Shown here piece after piece: positions 38,798 through 52,475 of a stretch of 64,000 nt of DNA. This stretch comes from Sphyrna mokarran (Eukaryota): the NCBI GenBank assembly GCA_024679065.1, contig JAGIQG010000011.1, positions 6,758,001 through 6,822,000 of the forward strand, written 5' to 3'. Every line of letters starts with the position of its first letter. Position 1 is the first letter of the stretch. The position numbers and the translations under genes are program-made. Below the pieces are notes generated by a model. The model was not told the DNA's origin. It saw only the letters and a list, made by a program, of their open reading frames with translations, and ran no database searches.

Positions 38798-38896
38798 ACA
38801 ACATTGCTTCAGTTCTGGGAGAGGACAGCCCATATGATGTCTCAGATTCACGAGAGTTTCAAGGGCCATCAACAGTATAAATTTACCACGCTGAAG
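38798..38896 (+). CDS. ICA1L: ICA1L coding exon
   Basis: Acceptor ttttcctcttcctctag, donor gtaaga; 99 nt, phase 0 to 0; TTLLQFWERTAHMMSQIHESFKGHQQYKFTTLK. Confidence 0.95.
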
Positions 38897-40304
38897 GTAA
38901 GATTGAAAGAAAGCCGGAAGAGGTCTGTCTGCCTGTCAAGTCCGTTTCTTACAAAAATCCATCTGTTTTGCCTTCTGACAAATGGTCTCACAAGCTCTCT
39001 GTTTGACCCATCAAAACAGTGCTATAAAGTCCAGATTGCATTCGATATTCTTATGGGAATTTAAAACATTGGTTGATGCCTGGAGAGCTTTATGCTCAAT
39101 ATGGATAGAAAATACCTATCCATTGCCTCTATTGGGCCCCCAAAGCAGCAGTGGAGCATCTCGGTGCATTCTCACTATTTCATTAGAAGCAAAATCAGTT
39201 TACTCATGCAATGACTTATAATCTAGCATGCACTGTAAGAAAGGATTGTGGGAATACCTTCAAAAATAATGCTCAAAAAGGTCTTGGATAAACATAAACA
39301 GGAAAGGTTTCTGGTCCTGTGGTGAAAGAGCAGGGGGGTGAAACTAATAGGGTAGCTTTTCAAAAAGCCAGCACAGGTATGATGGGCCAAATGGACTTCT
39401 GTGCTGTAATATTCTATGATTATATTCATGATTCTATAATTTCTTCTATCAGAAGTGTTCCCCTGGTGTCCTCGCTAACAAGTGTGGGCTGCCTTTAAGT
39501 AGCATTATTGATACACAATTTCTGGCCTTATCTTACAACATGTGCAACCAATGACTAGCGCAGTTTAGTCTGGCTGCACACCTTCTTCATTAAATGAACA
39601 AGCACATTTCACGTATGCCTGAGAGATTTGTAACAGATGGTGGTGGCATTTGATAGATAGGCTTTCTTTGTTCATACCATACACTAAGTGACCATACCAA
39701 GTTGTCATGGGAACAGTCGCTTATTATGAGCAGCCAGAGGAACAAGCCTGTGCTTGCAAAACCCAGAAGTATGATGTTAGATATAATTCAGCAATTGGGA
39801 AATACCTGGCAAATAATCCTGAGTGTGCTAATAGCCATACTAACAACCAATTTAAGATGATCAGTTGAGCTTATAATATAGCTCATAAACACTTGCCAGA
39901 AGGGAATAAATTCTTATGTTGCCCATTTGTGTGAATGTGATTGTAATCCCACCAGCCACCAGGTGACATAGTGTCAAATTTTACCTCATTACACGGAAAG
40001 AAAATATATTGTGATGTTTTAGTATGTTCAAGTCAAGAGTGGATAGGTTTTTAATTGACAAGGGAATTAAGGATTACGGGGAGAAAGTGGGAAAGTGGTA
40101 CTGAACCACTACAGATCAGCCATGATCTTATTGAATGGTGGGGCAAGCTCGAGGGACTATATGGCCTGCTCCTGCTCCTAATTCTGATATTCTTATGTTA
40201 AAGGTACCACGTAAATGCAAGTTCTTGTTGTTCTGTCAGCCATAGTTTGTATTCAATTGTTACTCTTAGAAGAAAGCAGTTTATATGTTAGGATCCCGGG
40301 TTAA

Positions 40305-42304
40305 TGTTATAACTGAATGGGAAGTTCCCAGAAATAGAACCCTGGCTCAAAACGTTGTCAGGGCGATTCTACCAAAAATATTCTAAGTGTCAGATTCATG
40401 TGAAAACTGGAGTAAATCATGCTGTTTTTTCGGTGGGAGATAAGAGAAGAATCTCTCTGTTTGTGTACTGCAGAGTGTAAATCCCGCTGGAAAGCACTGA
40501 GTGGGCCACTGCGCATGTGCTGATCTGTCAGCACCTAGATTGATGCACAAGCAATGGCCCCTGTCTGCTGGCCTCCCGATTTGCCCCATGACCATGCAAT
40601 GCCACCCCCGTCCCCGACACAGCCTGATCATTGCCCCACCCCAATGGCAGCGCTGGTCACTGGCCTGTCTCCTCCACTAATCCTGCCATGTGGCAGCAGA
40701 ACTCCTGGAGGCAGTGCCAAAGTGTCCCCTGGGCACTGGCATCTTGTCTCTTGGGCAATGCCAGGGGGCTCAGGCTGGCACTACTAAAGTGACAATGCTC
40801 AAAGACACTGACCCCATACCCTGCTGCCCGACTTCTGGGGGGGCTTTGATTGGCCCCCACTTCACTCCAGCATGTGGAAATCTCTGGGCCCACTAGCTCC
40901 CCACAAGTAGCTGTAGTAACCCTGCTGGAGTGAAATACTCCTGGCGGAGGGGGAGGGAGAGGCTAGCAGGCCCAGAGATTTCCATCCCAGACCCGCTAAT
41001 GCCATTTAAACGATATTGAAAGGAAGGGCTGCAAATATTATGCCAGAAATCTGGTGCTGGGAGACACACTAACAGCCGGATGCCCAATGCAAATTGCACT
41101 AATCTGGCACTGCTTAAATCTCCCAGCCTGCTCCACTAAAAATTCAGTGTAGTGGGATGGGAGAATTCCGCCATCTCTCATGTAACTTTTATTTTTTTAA
41201 TAACAGACTAACAGGCTGCTAATTAATTTTAACAAAACATTTATTAAAAAGGAAAAAATTTGGATTGTCACACAGTATTCCTTTATTCCCTCCTTGACTT
41301 AACAAATGCAAGTTTAAGGATTAATACAGTTGAATAAGTACTTTTGAAGTATTAGTAGTCTCTTTAACACACAAAGTCCTTTTTTAAAGTATACAAGATG
41401 TGGTCAAATGCATAGTCTGCTCTCAAACCCAAGCTAATGTCTGGATTTCTCCTCTGAAACCCCCCCACCCCCACCCCTGGGGATTATCATGTGAGAGTTT
41501 CCAAACTCTCCTCAAAACCATGCTTTAAAACCTTCTCTTGTAGCAAAATTTTCACTGAATGGTTCACATTCTGAATTCCAACCTACGTTTTCCAAAGGAT
41601 TCTTGAGCAGAGTTTCTACTCCACTTCTACCGGCAAATTCACTCCAGTTTTTGTACCAATCCATTTTGTCTTGACTGTTTCTACACACACAAGCTCCACT
41701 ATCCAGCTACTGATTGCTACAGATATTTTAATTCATGTCTCGCAGTGTGTAGTTAAATCTCTCAAACTTGAAAATCACTTCAGATCTTTTTCTGATGTCT
41801 CAGCCTTCCTCTAGCGCTCTCTGTCTTTACTGAGCCGTCCTGTGTTCTCCTGCCTTTAATTTCATTCTGCTTGGAAAATTTTCTCACTCTCTCTAGTTTT
41901 CTTAACTAGCTACTCTTTAGATAACCATTATTCCATTGTATGGTTTTTCTTATAGCAAAGCTGAGAGAGATGTTCCCTCTCTACCTTTCTAACACCCCAC
42001 TACTTTTAATAGAACTGGTGTAGGTGTTCCCTTTCTACAACGGTGTTAACTTTCAGTTAAAAACTAAGAACCTCTAGTTGCTAAGCAACACCTGCAGTTT
42101 TACCTTTATATTTACATTTTACATTGCAATTCTCTTTAAGCACAGCACAAAATCTAAATCCTTCCAAGTACAAAATCATTGAAGTAGACACATCTAAAAC
42201 TATACCTTATTTTGAATGTTTATCAGTACATAAAGAATCCCTTAAAACTATCTTTGGTTTACTAACTTAATTAATATCTTTCAACATCTTAAAAAAAAAT
42301 CACA
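40305..42304. mobile_element. Possible solo LTR-like repeat split by a MITE-like element
   Basis: Begins tgttataac (reverse complement resembles the ttataaca end at 31199) and ends atcaca; no TSD recovered. Confidence 0.4.
40361..41172. mobile_element. GC-rich non-autonomous DNA-transposon-like (MITE-like) repeat
   Basis: Sharp GC rise; imperfect terminal inverted repeats gggcgattct and agaattccgcc; related ends near 1950-2020, 23494/29527 and 43523-43702. Confidence 0.6.
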
Positions 42305-42924
42305 AAAGGAATACATTGCTGACAGTTTGCTTTTCTGGTGTCATCACTGTTTCCTTTGAAAAAGGAACAGATCGTTCCCAGGCTACACTGTTAACTTCTA
42401 GTCACCAGTAGAGCAGCTTATCAAAGAGCTGGAAGCAGTCGCCTGCCTGGTATCCAGGCCACATGGGGTTTTGACCAGCGAGTGGTTCAATGTACATTTG
42501 ACTATAAATAGAATAATAATGGGTAATGAGAACTCATTCATGGAGCAAGTCGTCAACTAGATTTGAGTTGCAAGCAGAGAGTTTAAGTTACATTGCAGCA
42601 TTGCTGTTGGTCAAGGATTTTCTGCAGTCAGTATACACAGGCAATGGAAGATCAGGAAGAACTTACATTTTTACATAGTATCTGTAATGTCCTTTGGACA
42701 TTGCATATGTCAGGAAACTTGGCAACTAATTTATTAAACCGTTAACAACAATGAGATAAATGACCCATGGCTCTGTTTTGGTTGAGGGATGAATATTGAC
42801 CAAGACACTGGCTAGAACTGCTACTTCTCTTCAATTGATGCCGTGGGAGGCTTTAAATCTAAGAGAGGAGAGGATAGATTGACGATTGTGCCATCAATTG
42901 ACATTGATATCTGTCACTGCTGAC

Positions 42925-43030
42925 TGCACTTGCCTGATGAAGACACGGGAGTGTTGAAAGCTCGCTATTTTACTATCAAATAAATCGGTTGGATTAATAA
43001 TTGGTGTTGCTAAATTCTTACTGAGTTCTT
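42925..43030 (+). mobile_element. Solo Penelope terminal-repeat insertion carrying a hammerhead core
   Basis: ctgatga-a-gacac-ggga-gtgtt-gaaa-gctc followed by tactatcaaataaatcggttgga, as in the 34.4-kb copy; flanked by the 9-bp direct repeat actgctgac (42916-42924, 43031-43039). Confidence 0.8.
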
Positions 43031-43243
43031 ACTGCTGACAGATCCAAAGTTGTTGCAGATTGCTAGTGAGACAGCTCAGTGAAGGAGTCGCCACTTCATC
43101 CTCCAGTACTCGATAACATGTACAACACATTCCCCCTTGCAATATTAGACCCAGGGATAATTAGGTAGTATCTAGTTGTCATTTGTAGGGTCTTTTTTCA
43201 GACTCTAAATGTTTTGGTTGTTTTTTTTATCTTAAACTCACAG

Positions 43244-43335
43244 AGCTTGCAGGACCCTTTTCAACATCTGACTGAGGAGGAGTTTAACCAGACCAAGGAG
43301 AAAGAGGAGGAATGCATAACTGATGATATAGACAA
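43244..43335 (+). CDS. ICA1L: ICA1L coding exon
   Basis: T-tract plus actcacag, donor gtaagt; 92 nt, phase 0 to 2; SLQDPFQHLTEEEFNQTKEKEEECITDDID(K). Confidence 0.88.
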
Positions 43336-45519
43336 GTAAGTAAGGATTCCTGTAATCACAAACAGGGGAGGGGATAGAAGGTAATAGCTGTACCTCGCTA
43401 GGCAGCAACTGCATTGCTCACTTGTTGCACACTCACATTATGTCTTGCTCGGAGCAAGTTTCAGGCAGTTTAGAAATAAACCTGAGATGCTGCTTTAAAA
43501 TGTGTCTGTCCACAAGACATGAGGGCAGAGTATTTTAGTATGAGCTCGATCATTGCTCTTCCAATTTCCAGTGCAGTGGGAAAAATCCTTCCAGCTGTTT
43601 TCACTTAACAATCTTTATTGGTTGTCTGCCTGAGATCAGTTAAAATTGACTTGAGAGCTGTGGATGACTCAACGCTATTGATCGACATGTGGAAGAATTT
43701 CCTCTCATTGTCAACAATGGAATATATTGGAAAGGGGACTGACATATGTTACCCATTTTGCACACTCCTGATAAGTGGCCTGAAATGACAAGCATGAACG
43801 ACCAAGGTTTATCACTGATGTCAGCTGTGGCTTAGTTATAACACTCTTTTGCCTCTGTGTCTGTAGGTCAGGATGATCTAGTTCCTTGAGCCTATTCTGC
43901 CATTCAGTGAAATCATAACTAATGTATGATTTAACTGCATACACTTGCCTTTGTTTCATATTCTCTCGATCCTTACTTAACAGAAACCTGCTTTAAAATG
44001 AACAATTGACTCAGCACTGAGTTCCTTTGTGTCGAAATGTTTCCTACCTTCACTCCTGAAATAATTGATTCCTACTTTAAGACTTACAATCTCCCAACCA
44101 GCCAAAATAATTTATTTCTGTCCACCTTCTTCACTTCTTGATCAAATCATCCTTTAATTTTCTAAATTCCAGGGAATATAACTCTAGTTTGCCTTGGAAA
44201 TTTAACCTTTGGAATCTAGATATCATCTAGTAAGATTATAGTGCACTGTCTCCAAGGCCAATATATCCTTCCTGAGGTGCAATGCCCAGAAATGAATGCT
44301 GTACTCCTCTCGCCGAATCTTCTGTCTGCTGACCCTCCCTCCCATTCGCCGACCCTCCAGCTCAGGCCTGTCCTGTTCCTGACCATTCTTTTCCCTCTCA
44401 CTGAATTCCAGTTTTGTGGCTTATGGCCTGTCCTGTTCCCTGGCCTTCCTGGTCTACACTGACCCACCAGCCCATAACCTTTCCTGTTCCCTGACCCTTT
44501 CCACACCCCTCCCTCTCACTGCCATCCATCTCATCACCTCTTTCAGGCCCTTGCTGCATGAGAGACTTTCCCCACTGTCTGGCCCAGGAGAGGGTGGCAC
44601 AGGGAGGTTTGGGAGAGAGCTAGTAAGGGGGCAGCATGTGTGGTGATTGGGAATTTTGGCAAGCAGAGTGGCTGGGACCAGAAAGGTTGGGGAAAGTAGC
44701 ACGAGGGAGAACCAGGGAGCAGAAGTTCAGATGAGTAGAAAGAAGTAACATATTTATTTTATATTTTAAGTTTATTTTGTTTTGAAAGTTATTTCCATTT
44801 ACCAGTATAGAAATTCAGCAATGTGAAATATTTCAACTTAGAACATAAAGTTTTCATATATTTTGTTGATAGAATAAGTGCTAAAAAGTCTAACTACAGC
44901 TTTTCCCTTGGCTATCACAGGAAAATCCAATTTGCTTAAAGTTGTTTCACATCTAGTTGCAATTTTCAGGGATGCAACTTTAAGTGCGAACTTACTGTAG
45001 GTAACCTCCCTTGTGGGAGGTTACTATTCACCCCTGTCAATTACAGTACTTGTCTCTTTTCTGCTTACTCTCTGTTCCTGTCTGCTCAACAAATTTTCTA
45101 ACTAGAAAACCTTCAATTCCATGAGCTTCAAACTTAGCTAGTGGGTCTTATAAGGAATTTTATCAAATGCTTTCTGGAAACCTAGATGAATAATATTGAC
45201 ATTATTTGGCTCACTACCTTAGTCAAGCCTTCAAAAAGTTTATTCGGATTCATTAGACATGCCCTACCCTTTACAATTCCATGCTGCCTCTTTACGATCG
45301 GTGGATATTTTTCAGTAACTTCATTCTTAATTATAAAGTTTCGTAATTTTCCAACAAAAGATGATAGGTTAACTGGTTTCCATCTGTCCAGTTTTATGAA
45401 TAGCAGAGTAAGGTATGTAATTTTCATATCTAATGCAATGGTTCCTGAATCAAAAGAAGATGAAAGATTAGTTAGGGTGCCTGCAACTTTCTCACCTATT
45501 TCCTTTAAAACTATGGGAT

Positions 45520-47575
45520 GAACAAAGAACAAAACAGCACTGGAAACAGGCCCTTCGGCCCAACGAGCCCGCACCGCCACCCCAATGTTCCCACCTCTAC
45601 CCGTGATCCCTGTTCATGTTTATAGATCTATGGATTAAAAACCAAATTTGAGACAATTTAGGGAGAATTTGTTTTGCCAATTAGCCTAAGAGCACATCTT
45701 TGGGATGTGGGAGGAAACCGGAGCACCCGGAGAAAACCCACGCAAGCACGGGGAGAATGCGCAAACTCCCACAGACACAGGCCCAAATCCATGTATCTGC
45801 ACAGCACAGCGATAGTCACTGAGCTGTCGTGTTGCGCATCAGATGGTCCAGGTCAAGCGTACACTAACAACGTGAAGCACTAGGATACTCTCGAAAAAGA
45901 TCCAAGAGCTCACGACCCATCGCGTGTATGCCCCTCGTTAGACAACAAGGTGGACCAAAGCACCTGTAGGATAAAAACAAGTACATCAATATCATCATCT
46001 ATTTACACACTTCCCAGGGACTCCCAAGGCTCATGATCCCTATTTTAAATCAGTTTTCTATACCCCTCCATTCCCATTCTGTTCATGTGCCCATCTAAGT
46101 ATTTTTTAAATAACTCCAGAGTACCTGCCTCCACCACTTTACTTGGCAGCGCATTCCATACCCCCACCACCCTCTGTGTGAAAAACTCCCTCTAGCATCC
46201 AAATTATACCTTACCCCCCTCACCCTAAGCCCGTGACCCCTCGTGCTATTTGAGTCCATCCTAGGAAAAAGCTTAACCCTGTTTACTCTATCTATCCCCT
46301 TCAAAATCTTGTACACCTCTATCAGATCTCCTCTAAGTCTACGTCTTTCTAAGGAAAACAGTCCCAATTTGCCTAATCTCTCCTCGTAACTCAGACCTTC
46401 CATACCAGGCAGCATCCTGGTAAACCTCCTCTGCACTCTCTCCAGAGTCTCCACGTCCTTCCGGTAGTAAGGCGACCAGAACTGGACACAGTATTCCAAA
46501 TGAGGTCTAACCAGCGTTTTATACAACTGCAACATTAAAGGCCAGCTCTTGTACTCTATACCCCTTCCTATAAAGGCTAGCATACTATATGCTTTCTTCA
46601 CAACCTTCTCCACTTGCTCTGCCACCTTCAGAGACTTGTTCACCTGCACCCCCAGGTCCCTCTGCGTTTCTATACTCTTAATAGGTCTACCCTTTATCGT
46701 ATACCTCCCCCCTACATTCTTTCTCCCGAAATGCATCACCTCACATTTATCAGGATTGAATTCCATCTGCCATCTGTCTGCCCAAGCTACCAGCCTATCT
46801 ATGTCCTGCTGCATCGCCTGACAATGCTCCTCACTATCCGCAAGTCCAGCCATCTTTGTATCGTCTGCAAACTTGCTGATCACTCCACTTACTCCCTCTT
46901 CCAAGTCATTTATATATATTACAAATAGAAGAGGTCCCAGTACCGAGCCCTGCGGCACACCACTAGTGACCGACCTCCAGTTAGAGCAACACCCTTCCAC
47001 TATTACTCTCTGTCTCCTATTACCAAGCCAGTTACTTATCCATCTAGCTACCTGTCCTTGTATCCCATTTGCCTTGACTTTCTCAAGTAACCTCACATGA
47101 GGGACTTTGTCAAACGCCTTACTAAAATCCAAATAGACAACATCAATGGCTCGCCCTTCGTCCACTGATTTCGTCACCTCCTCAAAAAATTCTACCAGAT
47201 TTGTAAGGCACGACCTCCCCTTAACAAATCCATGCTGCGTATCCCTAATCAGATCGCAACGCTCTAAGTGCCTATACATCCTAACTCTAAGAATCCCCTC
47301 CAACAGCTTCCCTACCACTGACGTCAAACTCACCGGCCTATAATTTCCAGGGTTATCCCTACTACCCTTTTTAAACAACGGTACAACATTAGCTATTCTC
47401 CAGTCCTCTGGGACCTCACCTGTGTCCAAAGAAGAGACAAAGATTTGCGTCAGAGGCCCAGCAATTTCACCTCGCACCTCTCTAAGCAGCCTGGGATAAA
47501 TGCCATTAGGCCTCAGAGATTTGTCAGTTTTAGTGGTACCTAGAAGCTCTAACACTTCCTCCCTCGGTATTGATC
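45520..47575 (-). mobile_element. CR1-like LINE, young, near-intact RT, same family as copy A (copy B)
   Basis: 502-aa ORF 46095..47603 with YLDFSKAFD, GVPQGSVLGP, KFADD; one apparent frameshift near the C-terminus (GSFSHRG versus GSFFTQR in copy A); same 3' UTR at about 45520-46045. Confidence 0.95.
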
Positions 47576-49296
47576 TTAGGGATAGGTCATGGTTAAATGC
47601 CATTATTTGCTTATATGACTAATAGTTTCCTCCACCCTTGGGATGTAAAATAATTATTTAGCACATGCACCATTTCTTTGTTTCATTTATAATATTCATG
47701 TTATAATTTTTAAGCACCCCTGCATTTGTTTTTAAGCATCCACATTTTCCTGGTGTAATTGTAAAAAATCTTGGTATTGATTTTAATATCCTTTACAAGT
47801 TTCTTTTCAAACTTCCTTTTTGAGAGTCTTACTAAAAGTATTGTAACCCTTTTTTTGTCGTTTGTATCTCTCCTATTCACCAGGATCTCTGCTTTCATTG
47901 CATTTTGTATACTTTTAGCTTTATGTTATCCCTTTCCTTTTGAATTGTCCATGACATTTTGCTTCTTAGGGGTATAACTGGTTTTGTATCACGTTAAATT
48001 ATTTTTTGAACACCTCTCACTGATCTTTTTTTGTTTAACTTCTTAAACTGGACGGTATGTTAAATATTTTATTATGACCAGTCTCTCGTCCTGTTGAAGT
48101 TGTCCTTATATAAATCTAGAATCCAATTAAATGCTCCATGTTTCTCCCTTTCAAACACAGCACTCTGGTCACTATTAAATAAATGTTCACATACTGATAG
48201 AGTATAATTAAATCTGTATCATTGCTCATTAAATCTGACATGATTTGCCTCTCTGATGGTTCCAGCATGTAGTTGCTGCAAAAATTATTCCAAATACTTT
48301 CAAGAAATTCATTACCTTTCTGACTGGAGCTTGTCTCTTATCCCAGTCTATATGGAAGTGAACATTCCCCATTAAAACCTCTCTGCCTTTACTACATAAG
48401 ATAAATATTAAATCCAGTCTCCACATTAATACATTCTTTGATTACACAGCTACTATTAGGAGCACTATACACGATTCTCACTGCAAACTTAAATCTGCTG
48501 AATGGACCTATCTTTTTTTAAGTTGATCTTTCTCTACACCCTAGCTATAACTGTAACACTACAATCTACACCCTCTCCTCTATGAATGGTGTGCTTTGTC
48601 TGTATCGCAAGCAAGAAACAATACTTTTCACTGTATACTAATACACGTGACAATAATAAATCAAACTGTAGGGTTTCTGTGATTCAATGAAATCAAAGAC
48701 AGTAAATTGAACTGCCATCTGTTCTGTCAAGTGGGAAAGATCCCAAAATTCAATTTGGAGAAGAGTAGAGCAGTTTCTAGGCAATATTTATCTCTCCATC
48801 AAGATCATTAAAACAGATTATCTGGTCATTATCTTGTTTGTGGCCTTTATTCTACAGCAATTTACTGCTCCATTTCTCTTCATTAGAGCAGTAACTATAC
48901 GTTAAGTGCTTTATATGTAAATGCACTTCATAAATCAACATTTCTTGTCATCTTTAGTGTTAACAAATTCCACAATTCCTAATACTGATACTGCGTCATG
49001 TAGTTTTCATAGAAACCCTATAATGCAGAAAGAAGCCATTCAGCCCATCGAGTCTGCATCGACCACAATCTCACCCAGGCCCTACCCTCATAGCCCTACA
49101 TATTTTACCCACTAATCCTTCTAATCTACGCATCTCAGGACACTAATGGGCAATTTTAGCATAGTCAATCAAACTAACTCACACATCTTTGGACTGTAAT
49201 ATATAGAACTGAAATATCCAGGTTTCTCTGGGCAGGGAGTTTAGTTGGTGGGCCCCAGTGATATTATCACCTTATTTGTCAATTCAAGCAGATATA

Positions 49297-49421
49297 TTTG
49301 GTTTTTAATCCATAGATCTATAAACATGGACAGGGATCGCAGGTAGAGGTGGGAACATCGGGGTGGCGGCGTGGGCTCGTTGGGCCGAAGGGCCTGTTTC
49401 CCATGCTGTTTTGTTCTTTGT
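49297..49421 (+). mobile_element. 3' stub of the copy A/B LINE family (copy C)
   Basis: ttggtttttaatccatagatctataaacatggacagggatcgc...tttcccatgctgttttgttctttgt, nearly identical to 19634-19757. Confidence 0.9.
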
Positions 49422-50228
49422 ATTCTTTGTATATACTTCCTGTGTGCAGTTCTCCAAGTTGGCCTTAACACTGGCATATTGTCTTCCAATGCCATGACTT
49501 TGTCATTGCTTTGATAAAATTCATTTCAGGTGGATAAACTGAATGGATGTTATATTACCGATGTGGATATGACCTTTTTTGTTCTACTGTAACTTACAAA
49601 AGTTATTATGAGATGCCTAAAGATTGTAGAATGGCAATCAAACTCCAAATATGTGAAAATGAAGGAACTGACATCAAGAGTGAAAGCACAAGAGGCACTT
49701 AGAGTGCTAGGTACAAAAAAAAGAGAATGAAATGCAAAGTGAAATACGCTTAGAAATGAATGCAAAAATGTGCAGGAGGCTACAAATTCAAAAGACTGAG
49801 GAATAAACTCTTAAAACAAAAAGAGGACTGAAAATAACTCTTAATTACTAAGGATAAGCTTAGTAATTGTACTTAGTAATGTTACTCATTAAAGGGGGAG
49901 GCGATGGAATTCCTTTCTCTACTGTTTTATTGCAGCCTGTTTGATCTGCTAATATTGCTAACAATGACTCTCAGACTGTAGAGGGAGATAGTGTCTGAAA
50001 AATGCACAAGAGATAAAGAGATTGAATTTGAGTTCTGGCAAGGATGCTTTGTTTGACTGATGTTCGATATTCTTGATATTTCTTCGAAGCTCCAAGACGT
50101 TATTGCAGTTTTAAGTTAGCCTCCTGAATTCTGACTTTTTATTGGTACACTGCATTAGTGGACTATGATATAAACTAGTAGGAAGATCAGAAGGTTTCTC
50201 CATCTGATGTGGTTTTATTTGTTTTCAG

Positions 50229-50272
50229 GTTGGTGCTCCTGGATGAAGATGAAGAGCCAGGACCTGGTGCAG
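50229..50272 (+). CDS. ICA1L: ICA1L short coding exon
   Basis: Acceptor ttttatttgttttcag, donor gtaaat; 44 nt, phase 2 to 1; (K)LVLLDEDEEPGPGA, similar to the recalled ICA1L KLVLSDEE segment. Confidence 0.85.
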
Positions 50273-52475
50273 GTAAATAATTGAGGGAGTTGCATCCACT
50301 GTTGTGTTGTTAGTAGTTTGAGGATCCAGTATATTCCAATTCCACTTCATGATTACAAAAGATGTTTAAATCCTATCCTGCCCAAATTTTGCTTTGTTCA
50401 CATCTTCAGAAAGCTAACAGGCTGAGCCAGACTGGGGAGGCTAATGTATCTTATCTGTTTCTGTTGAGAAAAGCAACAGCAGCTCTGCCAGCTATTGCCT
50501 GTCATATCAAATAGGATCATATAGTATTCACAGCCTAATAACATCCACACTAGACTCCTACCATCTTTCTGCATCTTGCTCCATAACCATCTCTTTCAAT
50601 TTCCTTCACCTTAAACATCCACGCTCCTTGCCTCAACTCCTTTTGTGTAGTGAATTCTACCTTCTCCGCACTGTTTGCTCAGTTTCCTGAACCTGCTTGG
50701 CAATCTAGACTGGTTACTAATCCTATTGAGGAGACTGTTTTCTTCACCAGCTATTCTGCCTCTCTTGCTGAGATTTCAGGAAGGAAGAAGTAATCAGAAG
50801 AGTCAGTGGTTCTGATTTTGTCCAAGGAATACCAAGTAATGCCAGAGATGTAGACATACTGCCAAATTTAAGACCCCTTTAGAATTTTTTTTAACTTCTG
50901 CTTCACATTTGGCAACTGGCCAAACTGCTGGTTGACTCCTGGGCAAAAAGCTGCAGTCAAGAATGTCCTTGCCAATCTCAATTGCAAGGCAGGCCAGAGG
51001 TTAAGGGTTTCGGATGGTCATTTTGTTGTGTGGGATGTTACTGGGGAGAGAAAATGATGCCACGGGGGAGTTATAGAGAAGTTGCTTATCACACCAGTAA
51101 TTAGAGCTGTGATTGGTAGAAGGGAGTCTGGAAACCTGCTTCAGCTCCTCCTGGTCCTCAAGGAGTGCTGGAAAAAAAAACTTACCTACTTTAGTTGGCA
51201 ACACCTTCCTCCATTTGTTAGCTAGTTTCTTGTGTTTTTACTTTCAGACAACGTTGACCTCTTTCTCTGCTATTCGCACATTTTGCTATTTTGTTTTCAG
51301 ACAATGTTAAACTTTATTTTGCTATTAACGCCTCGTCTGGGCAAAAACTTTAATCTTTATACTACAATTACCACTACCTTTGACTTACATTCCATGATTC
51401 CTTTCTTCTTTACTCTCCTGCCCTTCAATCTATTTTCTATTTTGCTCAGGCTGCCCTTTATTCCTGTTTCCTTAACAGCATAAACCCATCATATTTTTGC
51501 TTCTCTCCAGCTTAAAAGAGGAGTCATATTGGACTCTAAACATTAACACTGTCTCCATCTCTGTGGATGCTGCCAGACCTGCTGTGTTTTTCTGGCTTTG
51601 TTTTGTTTTTATTATGTGGCTTCTTAGATTCAGAACCTAATATAGTAGAGCGACAGATTCTGTCCTCACTGCCTGAGGGTTTTTATTCATATGGATATGT
51701 TATGTGCTGATGCAAGTACTTGTCAAGAAGGACAATGATTGATGTACATTATTGTGATACTCTTCTGAGGCCATCATTTTACTCAACTAAGTGGCCTTAT
51801 AAGGACAAGGAGCCAGTAAGTCACAAAGACAGTGTTACACTGTATTAAATTGACATCGTAATTCCACAATGAATCACCTACTAGTCAGCCATCTACTAAT
51901 AAGTTAGTTTTCATTTAATGGGCATTTTTTCATACAGCAGTCGGGCCCTGATGTTGTGGAGCAGCAGTTATTTTGCCACATAGCATTATCTTAGAGGTAA
52001 TTAGTTAATATTGTGGAAGAATTTAGCAATGTTGATACATCAAGAAACATTTTAAGAGATTACACAGTAATTACAGCACAGAACGAGGTCATTTAACCCA
52101 ACAGGACCACGATTCTGGACCCCTCAAACCTCATGGTATTGAAGAGTCTTTTGGATGAATATGTTTGAGTATGAACATATGTCAATGTTCTTTGCTCATC
52201 TATAACACTATAATCCTATTAAATAGGATTAATTTCCCTATTTAAACCAGCTTCCTTGGGAGCAATGCTGAGCATTTCTGCACAAAGTGAGAGAGAACCT
52301 CAATTATCTTCCTGACTGTGGAATGAAATAGGTGTAAACATGGCTGTGAATCCTTTTCCAGCTTGCACTGTGGAATGGATAGGGGAATATATATGATTTA
52401 TTTCTGTACATTAGTTTTTCAGTCCTAACAATGTGTGTCTTGAGGCCTCATTTTCTGCTGCTCCACATTTAACAG

